Source of the DNA: Candidatus Sumerlaeia bacterium
GTDB taxonomy: Bacteria > Sumerlaeota > Sumerlaeia > SLMS01
NCBI GenBank assembly: GCA_038208905.1
Contig: JBBQYG010000026.1
Span: 1-33,603 of the forward strand
Reading direction: 5' to 3'
Length of the DNA: 33,603 bases
Of the stretch, positions 28,501 through 33,603 are shown in pieces; positions within the stretch are counted from its first letter, which is position 1, and the number at the start of each line of letters is the position of its first letter. The position numbers and the translations under genes are program-made. The notes beneath the pieces are model-generated. The model saw only the letters and a list, made by a program, of their open reading frames with translations, ran no database searches and was not told where the DNA came from.

Positions 28501-30239
28501 GCAACATCGGCATCACCCTGACCCGCGCCGGGCGCCCCGCCGACGCTATCGCCCCCATCGAGCGCGCCGTGCTGCTGGCGGGCGAGGTCGGCGACGAGAC
28601 GAATCTGTCCAAGGCGTTGCTGGCCCTTGGCGATGCCCGCCGCGACCTGGCCGACTGCCCACAGGCCACCGCCGCGTATGGCCGCGCGCTGGAATTGGCG
28701 CGACGCCTTCCGGCCCCGGAGGTCGCGTGGCGTGCGCTCTACGGCCTGGGGCTTTGCGCGCTGAGCGAGGGTCGGCAGGACGACGCCCAGAAGCACTTGG
28801 CCGCGGCCATCGACGTGGTGGACGGCCTGCGCGCGTCGATTCGCGTGGAGGAATTCCAGGACGGCTTCCTCCTCGACAAGCAGGAACTCTACGACGCGAT
28901 GATCGAACTCCTGATCGCCCGCGGCGACCACGCGGCGGCGTTGGAATCCTCGGAGAAGTCCCGCGGACGCAACTTCATCGACCTCCTCGGCAACCGCCGC
29001 CTCAGCGTCCGCGACGCGGGCGACCAGAAGCTCCTCGATCAGGAGAACGAGATCCGCACGCGCATCGAGGAAGCCGAACGCCGCCTCGCATCCGCCACCG
29101 ATGCCGACCGCCCCGCGCTGGACGCGACACTGGCCCGCGCGCGGCAGGAGTATTCCGACTTCATGATCCTGCTGAGGACCAACGCGCCGGAACTTTCCTC
29201 CTTCGTCCGTGTGGAGCCGGTGAACGTGGCGGAGCTTCAGGCGCTCATCGATCCCGGCACGCGGCTCCTTGTCTATCACCTCCTGCCCAACGGCCCCGTC
29301 TGCTGGGTGCTCGGCCCCCAGAGCCTTGACTTCGTGCGCCTTCCCGGCACCGAGGCCGAACTCGCGGAACGCCTCCAGCGCACGCGCGCGTCCCTGCAGG
29401 AGTTCGCCAGCGTCGATGCCGATCTCAAGGCTCTCGGCGACACGCTGATCGTGCCGCTGCTGCCATTCCTGAATGGCGCGGAACGAATTGGCGTGGTGCC
29501 ACATGGCTCGCTTCACGTGCTGCCGTTTGCGGCGCTGCGACTGGGCGAACGCGATTCACTCGTGGATCGGTTCGCGCTCTTCTCCGCGCCAAGCGCCAGC
29601 GTCATGCGCTATACCGTGGGCCGCCGCCCCGCGCGCGCCGCCAACAATCGCGTCCTCGCCATCGGCAACCCCGACCTTGGCACCACGAGCATGAACCTCC
29701 CCTTCGCGGAGAAGGAGGCGGAGCGCATTCGCTACAACTTCGACGACGTGACGGTCCTCGTCGCGGGAGAGGCCACCGAGACGTTCCTCAAGGAGCGCCT
29801 TGGCGACTATGGCATCATCCACATCGCCAGCCACGGCGAGTTCAAGCCCGACGAGCCGCTCTTCAGCGCCGTGCTGCTCGCGGCAGATTCCCAGAACGAC
29901 GGCGTGCTCTCCGCCGAGGAAGTCTTCGGCCTGGAACTCCGCGCCGACCTCATCGCGCTCTCCGCCTGCCAGAGCGGCCTTGGCCGCCTCGGCAACGGAG
30001 ACGACGTGGTCGGCCTCAACCGCGCCTTTGTCTATGCCGGCACGCGCCAGCTCCTCACCACGCTCTGGCGCGTGGACGACATCTCCACGGCGGTGCTCTT
30101 CAAGTATTTCTACCGCTACCAGGCCGACATCGACCGGGCCGAGGCCCTCCGCCGCGCACAAGTCCGCCTCAAGAACCGCCCCGAGTACCAGCACCCCGCC
30201 CACTGGTCGGCCCTCGTGCTCGGCGGCGATTGGCAGTGA
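22587..30239 (+). CDS. Exported PD40/TolB-like repeat + TPR + CHAT (caspase-like) domain protein, 2550 aa
   Basis: Signal peptide, three SPDG/SPGG PD40 repeats and many TPR-like helices. C-terminal CHAT domain with VVPHGSLHVLPFAAL, IHIASHG (His), LSACQSG (Cys), TLWRVDD and HPAHWSA. Confidence 0.9.
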   Translation: MIRRHALATGLLAMASAATAAEYRLVTTHPAEDSAPTVSPDGRWLVYTSTRDGASALYLRDLAAKRPTPDVAFFPHPARTESPVFSPGGRHLAFVSNREDALGDVFLSTFPGKSLRRISNTGTIDGAPWFSPDGETVSYQSNRVGEAPHTAVWSIRKRAPLLGTPIQKVAYPNPPYPELARDPLHGVALLLADDTNRDGVLGDGDMASAWEVIDSKWRAASFPLIGAQSISLNRRTRELLIAANWVGNLDIAAIGAYPLRDAKTYEEFAAIAREEAATQKPDANRVAAAWRAAWMTAASPADRGAALRAYLGALNRDRRHWQAKTDAQRAVEGGLSPTDLLLVEAESLIADLAIARDAGRFSGGAGSAAKSASDRLRAIEPRIREGGGVEEASEILLALAEDLAAQGLHADAIADTDRIMADRERLSRDLQCRTVLVRARVYTAIGLGPETEASLLEVFAIAPNNIATLDEAAAGLIAIARGRATSPDGVILELRNLAANSAAHPYLFASIRLEEGRSLVGMEEFVRAETAFREATPLVKEAPGPAIASSVELARLLTRRGSHDEAIALFQEIEGTLRNEQLPESRQAYDTARRELVRAYLDRARRELRLGDAPLAAATYGKLLEFDDTLPEAWRGYLAALSTRPEAMTAQEKSFRAETSAQPRVALGWYKLGLAISYREPSSREALRAIETAIAIDSSVPYFQLTRGYILEQRYRRAEQRGRSDVALLEEASLAIEQALFLANRAADPQLFSDALLNAANVSLALKQYFKAYDFYRRRDVDGVQSGSPVTEFLFRWNHGLAAFRASFPSLAAEQFDAAITVLDEMGDRPEITKAQAAAFRLELMDRRALALMEASRIPEARAAFADVYRRAPEGTLGRVRSLRNQVLLLAREAAAASGVERVLLVREGRALVAEAQAELARPDLKGDRPLDGGGGLFNINLAFAADATEGASQLGFDKGDENRILRAALGHFADLEGDNAAAAARLQELIALAPRITEANRAYQYAAQTVTYQRLGAKQLRLERADDATKALVEGLRRARFEVATVPITNVNAASMMLASLAEALRQSPAPTLSPDPEVFWMLAPADLATPSPWALLELAATRMLELPDPVAGDPALLLVSEPAQIARLVYTQALAAEAAHTDAVATLAGLDGLPLIEASAKVASMARRVQSFVGRFGALELDPFEREEFLRLRVLLSALPIRIAARSGDSEQADRLLADAVNSAEQSGFGSLSWWLAAQAAMASPAPETRQALAALALERYLALPHPSLDDFIGNPWSTMDQLEAIQLSGAVASNNPEAAWDIADAWRVARLRWLALSADPTPAGDEDATWVTTWRERRDDLLLKEAQLRGLASAAPPQLAAAVERSLAASEALSLHIAAGRDRALPSAMQLHPQDGGFDLVSVLLQPPFLVPRRPVLVLNRELPGLAVRAVYTPEASAFVPPDQPLPDDAELFLLGDAPSEVSSDVVQVLSGESLLAKFSKLSLRGDTPVVEVSAAPAVSGDALAFAYEASVTDPVRRAGPFPQRWLLSESGEPLRDVIVRARNLERIRLSLSPDGAPLAAQRRAELGLAAWMDQRGLVEAVIDGAAWLGMPMDPARVPDLAQAELAMAQGTLERALATNAASESVSALERIVALMEALGERTELQLYYGKLAEDRGRLDRWADASRAAERRVALLEEAGAAPVDLAGAVRLLGGFAANAREWDAAEAAYLRASAFYRDLDDIDRERATLRDSAIALENAGRYHQALARGADARALGADPRYMVEQDIRSARILRIYLSRFDEAIDLLTSAEEFARENGLADLAVECRVNIARALYATSRFEEAMAAIDAVEKEAAALDLIQYESQVPLERANVHWLRSEYFEAFREQATAMNLARRDENVAVEIAARNVSGLTSWSVNDLKRAYSELDQAMELATAARIDSEVASTANNIGVVLRSEERLDEAIESFREALAIDQREENRWGEAHAQRNIGITLTRAGRPADAIAPIERAVLLAGEVGDETNLSKALLALGDARRDLADCPQATAAYGRALELARRLPAPEVAWRALYGLGLCALSEGRQDDAQKHLAAAIDVVDGLRASIRVEEFQDGFLLDKQELYDAMIELLIARGDHAAALESSEKSRGRNFIDLLGNRRLSVRDAGDQKLLDQENEIRTRIEEAERRLASATDADRPALDATLARARQEYSDFMILLRTNAPELSSFVRVEPVNVAELQALIDPGTRLLVYHLLPNGPVCWVLGPQSLDFVRLPGTEAELAERLQRTRASLQEFASVDADLKALGDTLIVPLLPFLNGAERIGVVPHGSLHVLPFAALRLGERDSLVDRFALFSAPSASVMRYTVGRRPARAANNRVLAIGNPDLGTTSMNLPFAEKEAERIRYNFDDVTVLVAGEATETFLKERLGDYGIIHIASHGEFKPDEPLFSAVLLAADSQNDGVLSAEEVFGLELRADLIALSACQSGLGRLGNGDDVVGLNRAFVYAGTRQLLTTLWRVDDISTAVLFKYFYRYQADIDRAEALRRAQVRLKNRPEYQHPAHWSALVLGGDWQ

Positions 30240-30244
30240 GCAAG

Positions 30245-30317
30245 GTAGCATGGGCATCCTGCCCATGCAGAGTGTTCCCGCACGGCTCCGGGTGCATGGG
30301 CAGGATGCCCATGCCAC
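30245..30317. repeat. REP doublet (REPIN-like)
   Basis: GTAGCATGGGCATCCTGCCCATG (30245-30267) and inverted copy CATGGGCAGGATGCCCATGCCAC (30295-30317), one mismatch, each itself a hairpin. Confidence 0.85.
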
Positions 30318-31039
30318 TGTTCGCCCTTGTCTATACACTCCTCGCCGCCCTCGCCATCGCGGAGCCCGCGCACCCCACCGCCTACTCCGTCACGCGGCGT
30401 GTCTTCGCCCTCGTGTCGGAGGACGGAGAGACCACCGCGCCGCTCGCCAACGCGGATGCCCGCCGCGAACTCGTCGGACGCGGCTTCACGCTCGACCAAG
30501 TCGATCCGCGCACGGGCCGACCCTGCGCCACCCGCGAGTCCACCGTCACCGCGCGGCCCGATGGAGACGCACTGGACTATGCAGAGACGCTCCTCTCCCT
30601 CTCCGACGACGGCACCACCGCCACCGCGCCACTGCGCAGCCTGCGCCTGCCCCTCTCCGGCGACGGCCGCGACCGCGCGGCGAATCCGCTGATGGCGCTG
30701 CACCCCTATGCCATGATCGCGCCGGAGTTCGAATTCGCCCGCGACTTCCCCAACATCCACCTCAACCATCGCGGTACCCCCGGCGGCACCTACGAACACC
30801 AGACCCCCACGTGGATATACCGCTTCCGCTACGACGCCGAAACAGGCCACCTCTCCGCCATCGACCAATACTCCCCAGCCACCCGCAAGCGCCACCGCCG
30901 CACCGAATTCCGCGACTGGCGCGACCACCCCTCCGGCCGCACCCTCCCCGCCAACGTCACGTCACGGACCTACGTCGATGGATATACGCCGCTGGTGGAG
31001 TTGGAGTTTCGGCGGATTGGGGAGGGCGCGGAGCAATAA
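30296..31039 (+). CDS. Hypothetical secreted protein
   Basis: Signal-like LFALVYTLLAALAIA and host-like codon usage. Start uncertain (GTG 30236; ATG 30296, 30305 or 30311). Confidence 0.65.
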   Translation: MGRMPMPLFALVYTLLAALAIAEPAHPTAYSVTRRVFALVSEDGETTAPLANADARRELVGRGFTLDQVDPRTGRPCATRESTVTARPDGDALDYAETLLSLSDDGTTATAPLRSLRLPLSGDGRDRAANPLMALHPYAMIAPEFEFARDFPNIHLNHRGTPGGTYEHQTPTWIYRFRYDAETGHLSAIDQYSPATRKRHRRTEFRDWRDHPSGRTLPANVTSRTYVDGYTPLVELEFRRIGEGAEQ

Positions 31040-31079
31040 TTTGCCCGGGCGCCACGCTCACAAGGCAGGATGAAGCTAC

Positions 31080-31928
31080 CTACGGCTTCGCACGATACGG
31101 CAGTGCATCGTCCTCCCGCGTCCGATATGCTCGCAATGTTGACGTCGGCTTTTCCGGGTATGACATCTCGAGTTCTCCGTTCTTGACCATGCGGCCCAGA
31201 TACTTGTTCCGGAGGGTAAGCTCTGAACGATCAAGCAGCAGTGCGAGCTGACTTCTGGTCAGAAAACACCCCCTGCAAAGGCTAAGAATCAGGGGCTCCA
31301 CATTCACCTTTTTCGCCCCGCGCGCTCTACTTGCCGAAGCCAGCAAGGAAAGCCATTCCTCACCGTCCTCACTTTCCGAAACATCTGGCCTTGGAAGGTT
31401 CGCTGCCAAATCCCCCGGCGAAAGGTGCATGTCGTCGGTCTCGCCATGCACCACTCGCCTAGTCCTCTCGCTACCCACACTGGGTTCACGAGAAAAGGAG
31501 GGGAAGTCGACGAGCGCATCCTGCATCACTGTCCCTGAAAGCTGGTTGTGGTCGCCGACGAACACGACCGCCGTGCGCCGGAAGTCGATGGCCTGCAACA
31601 GATGCCAGCCGAGCACCACCTCGATCATGCCCGCCTCGTCGACCACGAGGAGGTCCGCCTCGATGGGCAGGTCCGCGCCGCGCTGAAAGCTGCGCCCGTT
31701 GTAGCCGAGCAGGCGATGCAGCGTCTGCGCGGGGATGCCGACAACCTGCTCCAGTCGCTTTGCGGCCTTCCCGGTCGGAGCCGCGAGCACGACGGTGTGC
31801 TTGGCGTCCTGATAGATCTTCGTGATCGCCGAAACGGTGTAGGTCTTGCCGGAGCCAGCGCCTCCTGCGATCAGGAAGACAGCGCTCGTCAGGGACGCGA
31901 CAACCGCCTCGTGCTGGCGCTGGTTCAA
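31080..31928 (-). pseudogene. Chimeric remnant: RecD2-like SF1 helicase fragment fused in frame to a C-terminal winged-HTH fragment
   Basis: GGAGSGKT (Walker A), APTGKAAKRL, TLHRLLG, VVDEAGM and VGDHNQL, then an abrupt switch near 31538 to unrelated sequence ending ILSLC...LDRSELTLRNKYL...YPEKP...AYRT. Confidence 0.65.
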
Positions 31929-32002
31929 CTCTGGCGCCGCAGCAAGGGCCAGCGCCCCGGGGCGATTTCCGCGCGACGGTTAGAGGCGTTTGGGACTTGG
32001 TA

Positions 32003-33535
32003 TTAGAAAAGGAGCTCCTGCTCCCCGCATTCCGCCGCACCGTGCTCGGGTGGACGGCAGATTCGCTCGAACGATTCGCTCCTACCCAACTCCGCAGCGA
32101 GGCGTCGAAGGTCAAGGCGGCGGAGCAGATCCACCGTGATCGGGCGCTTCGCGTCCCAGAACACGAATGCTGAATAAAACTCACGGGCGGGTTCGCTGTT
32201 CAGGAGTGACGCGACGAGCTCTGCTTCCGCCTGCGTCTGGCAAGGCACGGAGTAGCAGGTGTCGTCGAGCACGACCGGTTTCCCCTCGTGCGGGCCAACA
32301 ACCTTGAAATCAAGCTTCTTGTACAAGCCTGCGATGCCGACCTTCCACAGTGAGAATGAATACTTGCCGACACCGAACATCGAGAAACGCGGTCGGTTCT
32401 TGTATATCACGCTGGCCCGACGGTCCATCCGCTCAGCGTTTGCCTGCAGGTATGCCCATGTCCGCGGCGCGAAGGTGGAGATAATGGAGGTGTCCTCCCC
32501 CACGCTACGTTGCGTGACGAGCATCCAACGACGCGGAATCTGGCCTTTGCCATTGCCGAGATCCGAAGCTTTGAGCATCGGGTACATCAAGTCTGGCTCG
32601 ATATCCACTACCTCGCCGTCGCCAGTGCGCCACTTGCCGGGTGTGCCACAGAGTTCGACAACAACGGCGCAGTCGTGCTTGATCCCCGACCGCCACCGAT
32701 AGACCTCCTCTCCTTCGAGATGTCGCCACCGGTCGTGCATCATCGGATTGGCGAGCAGCCGCCCGCCCCGAAAAGCAATCCGCTCGGCAGGCTGGGAAGC
32801 GCCGAGGCACGCAAACACTCGAGCGGTCGAGTCGGCGGTTGACCCACCAAAGCGGCACAGTAACAGGCACGCATCAACGGACGCGTTGAATGCTGCAGTT
32901 GCGTCAATGCGATAAAGCGCGGGCTCTTGCACGGGCGTTCCAGCCTGCCAGAGATGCATCAAGAGCTTGCGAGCGACGGCGGTCTTACACAGCATCGCCA
33001 GCACCGAATCCCGGCCAGCCAGCAGGCGGGTCAGGTGGAGAAGCATGGCCTCCGAGATGTCGAAGTTACTCTTCCCCGTGATCGCGTCCATCCCCGCATG
33101 GCCCTGGAAATTGGACTTCCGAGGCAGGTTGCCGCTGCCGCCACCCGACAGTTCCGCATTCGTGACCCACGGCGGGTTGCCGATGATCAGCACCGGCCCG
33201 GGCAGATTGCCGAGAACGCGGGCCCAGTCGTGCTCAAAGAAGTCGGCGTGAGCCATGCTGATGCGGTCACGATCCAATCGGTCCGAGAGCCGCACAGCCA
33301 TTGCTTCCGCGTATTCCGGCTGCACTTCAACGCCTACCGCCCGTTCAAACTCCGGGAACCCATCGGCGGCGGCGAACAGCATATTCCCGACACCGCACGA
33401 CGGCTCGACAATCGAGGCCGGGCTGAAGCCCAGCGCCGAGACCTGAGCCACGACGGCACGCGCCAAACAGATGGGGGTCTGGAAGTCCCCGTATTCCACC
33501 TTTCTGGCGAGGCGTGAGGTCGTCTTCATGTTCAC
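32003..33535 (-). CDS. N6-adenine/N4-cytosine DNA methyltransferase of a type II RM system (M.NspV-like, from recollection)
   Basis: YGDFQTP, motif I EPSCGVG, catalytic IGNPPW, GKSNFDISE and WRSGIKHDC. Start GTG 33535 or ATG 33529. Confidence 0.85.
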   Translation of the reverse strand: MNMKTTSRLARKVEYGDFQTPICLARAVVAQVSALGFSPASIVEPSCGVGNMLFAAADGFPEFERAVGVEVQPEYAEAMAVRLSDRLDRDRISMAHADFFEHDWARVLGNLPGPVLIIGNPPWVTNAELSGGGSGNLPRKSNFQGHAGMDAITGKSNFDISEAMLLHLTRLLAGRDSVLAMLCKTAVARKLLMHLWQAGTPVQEPALYRIDATAAFNASVDACLLLCRFGGSTADSTARVFACLGASQPAERIAFRGGRLLANPMMHDRWRHLEGEEVYRWRSGIKHDCAVVVELCGTPGKWRTGDGEVVDIEPDLMYPMLKASDLGNGKGQIPRRWMLVTQRSVGEDTSIISTFAPRTWAYLQANAERMDRRASVIYKNRPRFSMFGVGKYSFSLWKVGIAGLYKKLDFKVVGPHEGKPVVLDDTCYSVPCQTQAEAELVASLLNSEPAREFYSAFVFWDAKRPITVDLLRRLDLRRLAAELGRSESFERICRPPEHGAAECGEQELLF

Positions 33536-33601
33536 TTAGCCTATCCGCACGATTCCATCGACCTTGTCCGCCTGCTCGATGACTCGGGCGTACTGAAGCC
33601 G
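33536..33601 (-). CDS. 3' end of upstream gene, probable cognate restriction endonuclease (partial)
   Basis: Minus frame reads (W)RLQYARVIEQADKVDGIVRIG-stop, abutting the methyltransferase start. It resembles the C-terminus of NspV-like endonucleases as I recall them. Confidence 0.5.
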   Translation of the reverse strand, partial: RLQYARVIEQADKVDGIVRIG

Positions 33602-33603
33602 CC

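Noticed and set aside
23607-29516. Long antisense ORFs (801 aa, 844 aa) and similar ones opposite other genes
   Set aside because: These are shadow frames expected from high-GC codon bias opposite real genes, with no motifs.
22587-30239. Craspase/type III-E CRISPR-associated protease
   Set aside because: No cas7-11, csx30/31 or array in the window, and the protein carries an export signal.

Overview
GC-rich bacterial chromosomal window. The style of the prepilin-like protein suggests Candidatus Sumerlaeota/BRC1 or a related lineage (inference only). From left to right it holds: a 5'-truncated GT-C-like membrane protein; an MpaA-like M14 lipoprotein peptidase; an intact, intron-less, eukaryote-type pyruvate dehydrogenase kinase (PDK/BCKDK family) gene; a pseudo-receiver HD-GYP phosphodiesterase; three small membrane genes; a vapBC-type TA pair; dnaJ; a tandem-PDZ exported protein; a prepilin-like protein; an AsmA-like protein coupled to bioF; a rhodanese; and a ~15 kb mostly translationally coupled envelope operon (SH3 protein, M48 lipoprotein protease, YdbH/AsmA-like protein, DUF1318/YdbL-like lipoprotein, a 2550-aa exported PD40-TPR-CHAT caspase-like protein and a secreted protein). 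The right end looks like an island edge, with a RecD2/HTH chimeric remnant and a type II restriction-modification pair. Intergenic spaces carry several families of GTAG-type REP and 7/9-nt-period palindromic repeats, two of which lie inside reading frames. The strongest novelty candidates are the bacterial mitochondrial-type PDK and the exported CHAT-protease/lipid-bridge operon. No tRNA, rRNA or CRISPR array was seen.
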